DNA of 20,000 bases from an uncultured virus (IMG/VR IMGVR_UViG_3300021961_000027) (lineage: Duplodnaviria; Heunggongvirae; Uroviricota; Caudoviricetes): IMG/VR virus record IMGVR_UViG_3300021961_000027. One strand, given 5' to 3'. Each line of letters starts with the position of its first letter. Positions within the stretch are counted from its first letter, which is position 1. This document shows, one piece after another, positions 7,751 through 17,187 of this stretch. The notes under the pieces are model-generated. The model worked only from the letters and a program-made list of their open reading frames with translations. It was not told the DNA's origin and made no database searches. The translations under genes and the position numbers were made by a program.

Positions 7751-8670
7751 TTTGGCCCAACTTCAAGCAAAACATTTGCTTCATTCTTGATTTGCGAATT
7801 ACAACTATGCCTTCTTAGTTTTTTTATCGCCCAATTTCTAGTCTCTAACAACCCTTCACTTAATAAATTATTATCATCAAACTTCAGTCCAGAAAATGAT
7901 AAGAAATCACATACATTGTCTACTGAATTAATGGGATATATTGTTTGTCTGCTTTTTACAAGCTCTATAAAATTAATTAGAAACCTTGCCCAATTTTTTA
8001 TGTTTTTTTCAACTAGAGTACTTTCAGGAAAACGAAACTCAACAGTTTTTCTTTTGAAAGACTTTAAAGTAATTGATCTATAATAATTGACTAAATTCAT
8101 AGATAGCCTACGATCTGCATTATTCAAACTTGTATTATTTGGTTTGTATAGATTCCAATAATCAGATGCATTTAAACAAGTTTTATTATATTTGCAAACA
8201 GATGTAAATCTAGTACAATATTTGCTTACTTTTCTCCTGTCTGGAACCATACAAAAGATAAAATATTCAATACATAGCCAATTATTAATTAAAATACCAA
8301 CATCCTCAGAAGAAAAATCAGACACATCTACATGTACATGAAATCCACAATTTTCATTTACTTTAACGTTTATTGATTTTAAACTAGATATAACTTTAGA
8401 AATATGTATTAAATCGTATACTCCTGAGCCTTTATAGGATGTAATCTCATATCCGCCTTCATTTATTCCTTTAATAAGTTTAGCACCACAAGAACCATCT
8501 AATTTCACGTCCCAAAAATAATTGTTGATACTTGGATGATAATAACTTGATTTAATTTGTCGATGAGTTTTTCTGCGAAGGAAATCTACTATATTTGGCC
8601 TAGGAACTTCACGTCCTATTTCCATTTCTATACCGAAACATCTTAGTGTATCAAATTTTCTAAATTGCAA
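7747..8670 (-). CDS. Putative amidoligase (COOH-NH2 ligase, Amidoligase_2 family)
   Basis: FGIEMEI, WDVKLDGS, GYEITS, NCGFHVHVD, KTVEFR motifs. TTG start after GAGGA. Confidence 0.88.
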   Translation of the reverse strand: MQFRKFDTLRCFGIEMEIGREVPRPNIVDFLRRKTHRQIKSSYYHPSINNYFWDVKLDGSCGAKLIKGINEGGYEITSYKGSGVYDLIHISKVISSLKSINVKVNENCGFHVHVDVSDFSSEDVGILINNWLCIEYFIFCMVPDRRKVSKYCTRFTSVCKYNKTCLNASDYWNLYKPNNTSLNNADRRLSMNLVNYYRSITLKSFKRKTVEFRFPESTLVEKNIKNWARFLINFIELVKSRQTIYPINSVDNVCDFLSFSGLKFDDNNLLSEGLLETRNWAIKKLRRHSCNSQIKNEANVLLEVGPK

Positions 8671-8672
8671 TT

Positions 8673-9029
8673 TTATTCCTCTAGGTCGGTACGAGGTCTG
8701 TATCCGAATTGTTCCCCAAGCTTACCCAAAAAAGCTTGCTCTCTTAAAATTGCTTTGTATATTTTTGAAGAGTTTTCATTTTCAACTTCAATAATATTAG
8801 CATGAGCTTTCTCAGACCATTCTTGCATAGATTGCAAAGCTTTCAGAATGTCTTGAAATCCAGTTGTCACATATTTAATTGTATTTCCAAGTGCTTCAGC
8901 AGCATCCTTGTTCAGATCTTGATGGTACTGTTTAAATTTGAGAAATAGAAACAAAAATATAGTATTTACTACGAGTGTGGATATGGAAAAGAGCAAAATA
9001 ATGATAAGGAAAATGTGTTCGGTTTGCAT
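8673..9029 (-). CDS. Protein with N-terminal transmembrane helix and helical C-terminus
   Basis: IFLIIILLFSISTLVVNTIFLFLFL. Preceded by TAAAATA-N4-ATG. Confidence 0.75.
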   Translation of the reverse strand: MQTEHIFLIIILLFSISTLVVNTIFLFLFLKFKQYHQDLNKDAAEALGNTIKYVTTGFQDILKALQSMQEWSEKAHANIIEVENENSSKIYKAILREQAFLGKLGEQFGYRPRTDLEE

Positions 9030-9051
9030 ATAGTATTTTATGCAGGAAAAA

Positions 9052-12000
9052 TTATGCAGTCAAAGTTTTATACTGTAATTTTAGTATTGGATCAGTAATC
9101 CAATCGCCAGAGCTAAATATTCCTAAATTATCATTTACAAATACTTCATTTATTGTTACGCTATTATTAATAATACAAGTTTCTTTCTTGACATTAACTT
9201 GCAAATTGAAATTCATACTGTTGTAAAAATTACGTGGGCACAACAAACTAGATGGTATCCAAATTTTTACATTTGCTTCATTGTTATCAAAGTAAGCAGA
9301 ATTTCCAATTCTTACCCTTTGTAAAAAGTGAACATTTAAATACCATTTAAATTTATCTTTTATAGCATTATTATTTACTTCTGATGTAAGCGATACAGAT
9401 AATATCCACTGTTCTGTTGAAGGTCTTCCAATACTATATTGTTCATTGTAATAATATGAAAACTTATTGGTGTTATATTTCATAGTAAGATTCTTTGAAA
9501 ACACCAAGTTATTACTTGCCAAGAAATTAGTAAATATAGAACTCTTATTTAAGTTGGTCGCCAAAGTAAATCTAGATTGTATATTTTTGCATCCGCAAAT
9601 TTCTAAATTTGTATTAAGATTTGCTTTTCTAAGTGGCAACCCACTAACAAATCCATAAATAATTTTGAAATTTTCAACTGTTGGAACAATTATTATCTCT
9701 TGATCAAATGTGCCTATATCAGATTGAGATACTGTTGCTTCTCCATTAAGTTCTAAACTGCCAGTACCAACATAATGGCGTGTTTGAATTACGCCAACAC
9801 TTACTGTAACAGGAGCTATGCCAAATAGACGAACATTTCCTACGCCGACATAATTCCAAGATGTAGTAATTGCTCTAGCAGCACCACTTACATAAATAGT
9901 TCCAGTTCCTATGTACTGATTGTCTTGTAAAAGGGCATCATCTACCATGATCATAACTTGATCTACAAGATAATCTGCACAGAAGTCTAGGCATTCTCCA
10001 AAATTACAGAAATTTTCATCCTCAAATTTAACGCACTCTTCGTTATACAACCCATATTGTTTGAGATATTCTTCATCAACTTTATAAATTGGTTTTGTAT
10101 ATTTCTGGAATCTCTTTACTGGCCAAATCCAATTTTGTGCTGTAAGTTTTTCGCAGACTTCCTGTACACTTGTAGCAACAATTGTTTGAATAGATCTTAC
10201 TGGGCATTCAATAGCTTCATTAACAAATGGCGCATCTCCACACTTCTTAATTGGTATGCAATCTCCTTCAATTCTATATGCATAATATACTTTTCTACCA
10301 ACCTGATATAAAATAGGTAAAACTTTTGTAATTGTTTTTTGAATTCTGTAATTAATTGGCAAAAACAAATTTATTGAAATATCATAAATCGATGAGCCGT
10401 AGACAAGTATTGTTCCACTTCCACCGTATGTAAATCGCAAGATGCTAGGAGATGAACCATATAAAAGTATTGTTCCAGATCCATAATAACTGTAATAAGA
10501 ATCTTTGTATATTTTGCTTACACCAGCAAGGTAGGCCCTTGGAGTTATAGCAGCACTAGAAGAGGCTGCAGTAACATATGTATTAAAATTTAATATTTGT
10601 GCGGTATTATCATATGCAATACCGCCACAAATGTAGCCCTTGCTTAATCCATCGGAAACTACTCCCAATCCAAATTTGCCCAATTGTACTGGATATGTAA
10701 GCGAAATCGTTTCCGCAATCATATCAAAAACATATACATTTCTTGTATAAATATCCGAAGTTGTTCCAGTTACAAAAAATGCTCTCATGTTTCTAAATGA
10801 AACTCCACCACCAAAAGCAGCGGCAAGTAACAATTCTGTAGCCAACGTAGATCTTGTATCAGTGCTATATGCTAAAGATTCTATAACAGTAATGTAATTA
10901 CCTATGCTTGTTTGTCCGCCAGCCATATATCCTTTTGTATAGCTATAAGCAGAATATCCCCCAATTCTTGGTTCATCTAATGTTATGGCAACTACAGACT
11001 GGGTGTCATTTGAATATGTTATTTTTTCACAACTGTCCAGATATGAACCAGTTGTTCCGCCTGCAAAGTACGCCGCCCTTTCAATATCTGAAAACCCAAA
11101 AGAAAAAGCTCTTGGCTCAGATAAAACTGTGGCAATGGCAGAATTTACTTCAGTTTCGTATAAAAGCTTATCTACAGAATCGGAATAATCGTAAGGATCA
11201 GTGTTGTTTTCTGCGCCTCCTGCAAAGTATGCGATTATATCTTCATCAGAAACTCCCGCCATGCCCATTTTTGCAACAGTCAAAATAGCAGTATCTTTAG
11301 CAACTGCCAAATCTGCATTGAATACTATTTTTTCTGTTAAGTTTGTTGTATTGCCATTTCCCTGCAATCCGCCTGCCATGTACCCTTGCGGGATAAATGT
11401 ATAAAGCTTGCCAAAACAGCCCATGCTAGTCCTTGCATCCCTAACTTGGGAAACTGGGCTAAGAACAGATATTTCAAGATAATAAGTAAATTTTTCAGCA
11501 CTGGATACAAAAGATGTACCCTGTTTACCACTTTGATAATATCCCTTTATTGTTCCTTGACTTAGACCACCTGCTCCATATCTTGATTCTTGTAGAGTCC
11601 CAGCAGACACAGAACTTATTGCACCTGTAGAAAAATTCAATCTGTATGTAGATGAATATGTAGTTGTGTTATTTGTGCCGCCTGATATGTATCCAAAATT
11701 TGAGTATGATGAAACACATGCGCCTTTTGTCAACTGCGATTCTAGACTACTAAAATTTATGAATACAACAGATGTTGCATAAGAAAAAACTTCGATTGAT
11801 GATAAAACTCCAGATAAATCGTTTGTGCCTCCCATTATATAACTAAATTTATTAAAATCAGAGAATGCAGCAGCCTGTCTTCTATAAGTATTTAGGACTG
11901 ATGGCACAGTAGAAAATAAACCCGTATTAAAAGAGATTTGATCTATATTGCCTTTTGCTTGGTTATTTAAATACCCGCCGAAAACATAACCAAACGCATT

Positions 12001-15000
12001 CAAATAATTTGCGCTAGCCATTTCAGATCTTTTCAAACTCAAACTACTTGAAGAACTTGAAAAAATTTCAGTATCGTATGGCATAATATCTAAATACAAA
12101 CCGCCGTCTGTTACATACCCCTTGAACCTTCCATCACTCATGCCGACCGCATATGAATAACTATTTAATAATCCGCTGTTAGCCGCACTTGTAACGTCAG
12201 ATGAGTATGAGATTTTATCAACTATAGCTGTAGCTCCAGCAAGATTCTGTCCACCACAAAAATAACCTGAATATCCGCCAAGCCCAACAGGAGCCGCTTT
12301 TTTATTTAATGGTAAAAAACCGCCATAAACCAGATATATAGCTCTTTTCCCAGTACAAGGATTAAAATGCGTAAATAATAAATCTCCAGTAAATGGATCA
12401 ATTGTAGAGCCAACCGGGGAATAAATGTTCTCAACAAAATTTCTCTTTGTTGTTACATTTGCACCGCCACTTTCATAGAGATTGTATGCCGCAATAACAC
12501 CAGTAGTATCATATTGTGATACAAGTATTGATTGTGAAGAAAATCCGCTACTGCCTAAAGGGACATAACTAAATCCCGCTGGTGTCTGATCGATTGGAGC
12601 ACCGAAAGAAGAGTTAGAAAAACTATAAAAGTCTTCCCCATCAATTTGCTCAAGATCATATTTATAAAAACGGCCTTCATTTATTGATATTAAAACTGCT
12701 TGCCCTTCATTATAAAATCCAGACGGAGCAATTCCTATACTTCCAAGGCCATTTACTTCAGGAATTGTTGTTGAGCTTAAATCTGTAATATCAAATTCTG
12801 TATTATCCTTAATTTGATAAACAAGTCTTGTAAAATTATAATTTTGTTTATTCGGAGTAGCAAAAATTAAATCATCAGGGCCATATGCCATCCCCCCCCA
12901 AATGAGAAGTGGCGTTTCCATCCAAATTTCTGGCAGACCAAAAGACCTTATCCTTTTTGTTAATGGATCTCTATTAACAGGAACTTTGAGAATATAATTA
13001 ATATTATTTTTTTCAGCAGATACTAAAATATAAAGTAAATTTGGCCTGTATAATGTCAAAGCATAAATATTATCATATCCATATATTGAACCAAGATCTT
13101 CAATAGAATAAAACTCTGCGAACTCTTGGCTTACATAAGCATTTGCCCCTGTCGGCAAAGGCCTGCTTGTTGTAGTAGATGTAGTAGTAGTAGTAAATAT
13201 ATCATTCTGAATTACTCCTCCACCGAATTGCCCGAAAGCTTGTGTTGAGTAAGAAGAATAGCCAAAATCAGATACAGTAATTGCATTCCATGCCAAATTC
13301 ACTGGCAGACCCACGGATGTCCATGTATGACAGTCACTTGATAATGCCGCATCACTTGATGTAGATATTATCAATGCTTGATTGTGATAATTGCTATATA
13401 CAGTTCCAGTCCATGACGATACTGATGGCAAAAAGCCTGTAGTTATCCATGTATACCCATTTTGTGAAGTTATTGATAAAGTCGAATTAGGTTGTGTTAC
13501 AAAAAATAAATTTTCACAAAATTCTATGTTATTCCAGAAACCATTTGGAACATAAGTAATCCCCCAATCTGTTCCGTTTTGAGAGTATAAAAATGCATCA
13601 CCTGGCTGAATAATTACAAAGTAATTTTTAGCATATACTATCTTTGTCCACAGTCCTCTTAATGGCAGCAGCACTTCTGTCCAAGCAACTGTATCAAAAG
13701 TATAAGCAATAACATCCGAATCATTAGAAATAGCAATCAACAAGCCTGCACTACCGCCTAAATCTGTCCATACACGACTAGATGGCAAATTGAATTCAGT
13801 CCATGTAAATCCATCTAAGGATCTTGCTCCAACATTAGAATTTGCCGCTATCGCAACAAATCCTCCTAAAGCCCATATTATTGACTTCCATGCTCTTGTT
13901 GATGGCAAATATGCGATTGCCCAATGATCGCCATCGTAGCTTACTGCTGCAATATTATTATTTGCTGCTATCGCAACAAATCTATAATTACCATAAGTTA
14001 TATCTACCCAGTCGGCTACTAATGGAATATTCCTCGTAGTCCAACTTGTACCATCATTACTTTTTGCAACTACATTTGTTGAGCTAGCAACAGCTACATA
14101 AACACCAGCTAGTGGTGTAGTAGTAGTAGAAGTTGTGGTAGTAGGAAAAGGAGTGGTAGTAGTCGTAGAAGTAGTAGAAGTAGACGTTGTAGATGTTGTT
14201 GAAGTGCTAGTAGTAGTTGTTGTAGTTGTCGTTACAATTGTTACCGATGAATATCCTACAGTAATTGCAGACCAATTTTCATTAGCCGTGATGCCTCTTT
14301 GATTCCATGAAAGACCATTAATTGTTGTTGCCGCAACATCAGAATCAGATACGGCTAAAAATATTTTATTCTCTCTACTGAATTTAAGGGCATTCCAAGC
14401 CGAAGCCGTTGGCAAATTTGTCGGAACCCATGTATAACTATCTGATGATTTTACATTTTCAGTAGCATCTGGCTTTAGGACTATGTAAGTAGAATTTCCT
14501 CTATCTAGACTTTGCCATTGTCCGTTTTGAGTATATGCTGATCCCCACTCGTCTAAATCAAAAGAAAATAAGAATTGAAGAGGAGCAGGCGCTAAAGTTG
14601 TTGTTGTACTCGATGTAGAAGATGTGCTTGTTGTACTACTTGATGTTGTAGTAGTGCTTGAAGTACTAGTTGTAGTAGTTGTAGGAAGAGTCGTGCATGC
14701 AAAAGTTTCAGTTTGTCCTATAGTTGTTCCACTAAATGATGGTGGAACACACTCACACCCTGTACAATCCCCTGCAGATATTGAACAATTCCAAATAGAT
14801 CCATCCCATATACACTCACATGTTCCATCACAAGTAAATACTCCAAGTGGTTCAAAATAGTTTTCTAATTCATCATCATAAATCCCATCTAAAGCAAAAG
14901 AAAATGAACAGGAAGTACTGGCTGTCTCTCCGTAAGTACTTCCACTATATCCAGGTTGTGAACAGTAGCACATCAAATTTGAGCAATATCCAGTTTGCGT

Positions 15001-17118
15001 CCAAGCACCTGGAGCCGACCATGTCCAACTGCAACTTCCACATGGTTCGGACGTTGTTGTAGTGCTAGTAGTACTAGTTGTTGTTGTCGTTGGTTCTGCA
15101 GTTGTTGTAGTACTAGTTGTTGTCGTTGGTTCTGCAGTTGTTGTAGTACTAGTTGTTGTTGTTGGAGCTTCAGTCGTTGTTGTACTAGTTGTTGTTGTTG
15201 TTGGAGCTTCAGTCGTTGTTGTACTAGTTGTTGTTGTTGTCGTTGGTTCTACAGTTGTTGTAGTACTAGTTGTTGTTGTTGTTGGAGCTTCAGTCGTTGT
15301 TGTACTAGTAGTTGTTGTTGTGGGCGCAGGCGTAGAGGTTGTTGTAGTTGTTGATGTAAATTCGGGGAGAATATTTGTTGATTGAACAATAACCGTTTGG
15401 TTTCCAAAATATGAAAATACTCTTGTCCAATATCCAGAATTAGGCAAAACACTAATTTTCCATGTATTTCCATCTATTGATAAAGCAACAACATTTGTAT
15501 TATGGGCTATAGCAATCCATTTATAAGTTGCAAGACTGATATCAATATATGACAAATCAATCCAATTAGCCACTCTAGGCATATTATTGGTTGTCCATGA
15601 TAATCCATCTGTAGATGAAAGAGTTACAGTTGTGCCCGAAGCAACCAAAACAAACTGTCCTCCACCAAATTTAATTGCCTGCCAATTTGCAGTCTCAGGC
15701 AAAGTTTGCGCTGACCATGTGTATCCATCAGTCGATGTAGCGTATGAATCTGTACCTTTTGCTATTGCTACAAATATATTGTTACCGTAAGCAACAGAGG
15801 TCCAATTTTCAGTTGATGGCAAATTAGCAGAGGCCCAGTTGAGTCCATCTCTTGTCAAAGCAACTGCATCTGAATTTCTTGAAATAACAACAAAAGTTTC
15901 AGGACCAATAGTAGTAGTTGAACTAGTAGTCGTTGTAGTTGTAGGTTCTGGAGTAGTAGTCGAAGTTGTTGTTGTAGATGTACTTGTTGTAGTAGTACTA
16001 GTCGTGCTTGTACTTGTGGTAGTAGTCGTTGTAGTTGGCACAAGAACAGATGGTATAATTGCAAGACCAAATTGATAACCTGCTGAAAATGATACCCAAC
16101 CACTTGTAGTATTTAAAAGCTGCAGAGTATTGCTAACGACTGGCAGCAAACCTATGCCGTATAAATATTGCGAAGAATCTGTAGTTAAATAATATTTTGG
16201 ACCAACTGATATAGTTGTATAACTGGTGCTACCGGAATTTAATTGTGTGAGATCTAATAGGTTCGAACTGTATAATTGACCAAATATATTCTCTGCTACA
16301 CTTCCGCATCCCCAAATATTTCCCGTAGTATCGAGCAAAATAGTAACATCATTTCCAGCTACTATTTGTGCCCAACTAGTTGAACTTCCTATTTGTACAA
16401 AATGACCAAGATTAGTGGAATTGCCTTGTCCTAAATTTCCATAATAATTTGCACCACTTCCATAAACTGACCCATCAGTTTTTATTGCGATAGAATGCCT
16501 AGAACCACAGGAAACAGCACTCCAATCTGTATCAGTTGCAACTTGAGTTAATACTATAGCGTCTAAATTTTCGTTTGTGGGCGGTATTTGCCAATCAAGA
16601 CCTAGCTGCCCATAATAATTTGAACCAATAGCCCATAGAGTTCCATCACCTTTTACTGCCAAACCAAATCCATTTCCTGCAGATATTGAAATCCATGTTG
16701 TATCCGAGCTTAATAATTTTGGTGTTTTACTTTTTAGTTTAGGAGTGGTATTTGTTTCTCCCCAAAACCACAAGCTTCCATCGTCTTTAATTGCTAGTAC
16801 AAAAGGAGTTCCGTTGCCATATGGGCATGAGGATATTGCATTCCAAGTTTCTGTTCCTACCCTAGTTGGAATATAAGAATCTGTTAAAGAGCCTGTGCCT
16901 AGAGCATAACCGTTGTTTGCAAATCCCCAAGAATATAATTCCCCAATAATATTAATTGCATATGATGTACTAAATCCAGCAGAGACAGCAATCCAATCGT
17001 CACTAACGCCTACTTGCTGTAGAGGATAGTTAATACCATTAGGATTGGGCAGACCATCTCCAAGCTGACCATAATTGTCAGCTCCAAATGCATATAAATA
17101 TCCTGGGATGACTGCCAT
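9052..17118 (-). CDS. Giant 2688-aa multi-propeller protein with mucin-like Thr tracts; probable virion appendage or adhesin
   Basis: Approximate layout from the N-terminus: RCC1 repeats 17118-16050 (GSNYYGQLG, VSCGSRHSIAIKTDGSVYGSG); Thr tract; BNR-type propeller 15900-14250 interrupted by a Thr/Cys insert; Thr tract; second BNR propeller 14105-13270 (SxDGxxW); further propeller-like domain 13145-12315; kelch-like GYxxGG repeats 12275-10510; Cys-containing C-terminal region. Confidence 0.85.
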   Translation of the reverse strand: MAVIPGYLYAFGADNYGQLGDGLPNPNGINYPLQQVGVSDDWIAVSAGFSTSYAINIIGELYSWGFANNGYALGTGSLTDSYIPTRVGTETWNAISSCPYGNGTPFVLAIKDDGSLWFWGETNTTPKLKSKTPKLLSSDTTWISISAGNGFGLAVKGDGTLWAIGSNYYGQLGLDWQIPPTNENLDAIVLTQVATDTDWSAVSCGSRHSIAIKTDGSVYGSGANYYGNLGQGNSTNLGHFVQIGSSTSWAQIVAGNDVTILLDTTGNIWGCGSVAENIFGQLYSSNLLDLTQLNSGSTSYTTISVGPKYYLTTDSSQYLYGIGLLPVVSNTLQLLNTTSGWVSFSAGYQFGLAIIPSVLVPTTTTTTTSTSTTSTTTTSTSTTTTSTTTPEPTTTTTTSSTTTIGPETFVVISRNSDAVALTRDGLNWASANLPSTENWTSVAYGNNIFVAIAKGTDSYATSTDGYTWSAQTLPETANWQAIKFGGGQFVLVASGTTVTLSSTDGLSWTTNNMPRVANWIDLSYIDISLATYKWIAIAHNTNVVALSIDGNTWKISVLPNSGYWTRVFSYFGNQTVIVQSTNILPEFTSTTTTTSTPAPTTTTTSTTTTEAPTTTTTSTTTTVEPTTTTTTSTTTTEAPTTTTTSTTTTEAPTTTTSTTTTAEPTTTTSTTTTAEPTTTTTSTTSTTTTSEPCGSCSWTWSAPGAWTQTGYCSNLMCYCSQPGYSGSTYGETASTSCSFSFALDGIYDDELENYFEPLGVFTCDGTCECIWDGSIWNCSISAGDCTGCECVPPSFSGTTIGQTETFACTTLPTTTTTSTSSTTTTSSSTTSTSSTSSTTTTLAPAPLQFLFSFDLDEWGSAYTQNGQWQSLDRGNSTYIVLKPDATENVKSSDSYTWVPTNLPTASAWNALKFSRENKIFLAVSDSDVAATTINGLSWNQRGITANENWSAITVGYSSVTIVTTTTTTTTSTSTTSTTSTSTTSTTTTTPFPTTTTSTTTTPLAGVYVAVASSTNVVAKSNDGTSWTTRNIPLVADWVDITYGNYRFVAIAANNNIAAVSYDGDHWAIAYLPSTRAWKSIIWALGGFVAIAANSNVGARSLDGFTWTEFNLPSSRVWTDLGGSAGLLIAISNDSDVIAYTFDTVAWTEVLLPLRGLWTKIVYAKNYFVIIQPGDAFLYSQNGTDWGITYVPNGFWNNIEFCENLFFVTQPNSTLSITSQNGYTWITTGFLPSVSSWTGTVYSNYHNQALIISTSSDAALSSDCHTWTSVGLPVNLAWNAITVSDFGYSSYSTQAFGQFGGGVIQNDIFTTTTTSTTTSRPLPTGANAYVSQEFAEFYSIEDLGSIYGYDNIYALTLYRPNLLYILVSAEKNNINYILKVPVNRDPLTKRIRSFGLPEIWMETPLLIWGGMAYGPDDLIFATPNKQNYNFTRLVYQIKDNTEFDITDLSSTTIPEVNGLGSIGIAPSGFYNEGQAVLISINEGRFYKYDLEQIDGEDFYSFSNSSFGAPIDQTPAGFSYVPLGSSGFSSQSILVSQYDTTGVIAAYNLYESGGANVTTKRNFVENIYSPVGSTIDPFTGDLLFTHFNPCTGKRAIYLVYGGFLPLNKKAAPVGLGGYSGYFCGGQNLAGATAIVDKISYSSDVTSAANSGLLNSYSYAVGMSDGRFKGYVTDGGLYLDIMPYDTEIFSSSSSSLSLKRSEMASANYLNAFGYVFGGYLNNQAKGNIDQISFNTGLFSTVPSVLNTYRRQAAAFSDFNKFSYIMGGTNDLSGVLSSIEVFSYATSVVFINFSSLESQLTKGACVSSYSNFGYISGGTNNTTTYSSTYRLNFSTGAISSVSAGTLQESRYGAGGLSQGTIKGYYQSGKQGTSFVSSAEKFTYYLEISVLSPVSQVRDARTSMGCFGKLYTFIPQGYMAGGLQGNGNTTNLTEKIVFNADLAVAKDTAILTVAKMGMAGVSDEDIIAYFAGGAENNTDPYDYSDSVDKLLYETEVNSAIATVLSEPRAFSFGFSDIERAAYFAGGTTGSYLDSCEKITYSNDTQSVVAITLDEPRIGGYSAYSYTKGYMAGGQTSIGNYITVIESLAYSTDTRSTLATELLLAAAFGGGVSFRNMRAFFVTGTTSDIYTRNVYVFDMIAETISLTYPVQLGKFGLGVVSDGLSKGYICGGIAYDNTAQILNFNTYVTAASSSAAITPRAYLAGVSKIYKDSYYSYYGSGTILLYGSSPSILRFTYGGSGTILVYGSSIYDISINLFLPINYRIQKTITKVLPILYQVGRKVYYAYRIEGDCIPIKKCGDAPFVNEAIECPVRSIQTIVATSVQEVCEKLTAQNWIWPVKRFQKYTKPIYKVDEEYLKQYGLYNEECVKFEDENFCNFGECLDFCADYLVDQVMIMVDDALLQDNQYIGTGTIYVSGAARAITTSWNYVGVGNVRLFGIAPVTVSVGVIQTRHYVGTGSLELNGEATVSQSDIGTFDQEIIIVPTVENFKIIYGFVSGLPLRKANLNTNLEICGCKNIQSRFTLATNLNKSSIFTNFLASNNLVFSKNLTMKYNTNKFSYYYNEQYSIGRPSTEQWILSVSLTSEVNNNAIKDKFKWYLNVHFLQRVRIGNSAYFDNNEANVKIWIPSSLLCPRNFYNSMNFNLQVNVKKETCIINNSVTINEVFVNDNLGIFSSGDWITDPILKLQYKTLTA
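15050..15360 (-). repeat. Coding tandem repeat, about 6 units of STTTT(EAP/AEP/VEP)T4-6
   Basis: Repeated agtactagttgttgttgt...ggagcttcagtcgttgt / ggttctgcagttgttgt units of about 36-42 bp. Confidence 0.9.
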
Positions 17119-17144
17119 TATCTACTTTCTTCTAGATTGTAAAG

Positions 17145-17152
17145 TATATATA
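17145..17152 (-). promoter_or_regulatory. Late promoter candidate TATATATA for the giant gene
   Basis: Intergenic, 26 nt upstream of ATG 17118 and just downstream of the hairpin. Confidence 0.45.
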
Positions 17153-17156
17153 ATTT

Positions 17157-17187
17157 TTTAGGCAAAGAATTCATGATTTTGCCTAAA
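17157..17187 (-). terminator. Hairpin immediately after the protease stop codon
   Basis: TTTAGGCAAA / TTTGCCTAAA 10-bp stem with 11-nt loop. No U-tract on the sense strand, so terminator function is uncertain. Confidence 0.5.

Noticed and set aside
8673..9029. Holin or spanin call for the membrane proteins here and at 5578-5874
   Set aside because: Only a hydrophobic helix supports it. There is no adjacent endolysin or lipobox.
207..14039. Short + strand ORFs (207-551, 1731-1934, 3928-4110, 4431-4631, 4695-4976, 7676-8083, 9467-14039 set) and minus ORFs 5329-5562 and 11337-11531
   Set aside because: They fully overlap better-supported genes and have no recognisable motifs.
14624..16103. Poly-Val, poly-Cys and poly-Gln ORFs (14624-14860, 14995-15354, 15062-15385, 15249-15473, 15839-16075, 15855-16103)
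   Set aside because: Antisense or alternate-frame shadows of Thr codon runs, which lack stop codons in those frames.
9052..17118. Diversity-generating retroelement target or template repeats
   Set aside because: No reverse transcriptase in the window, and by eye no pair of about 100-bp repeats differing only at adenines. The short similarities seen reflect propeller blade repeats.
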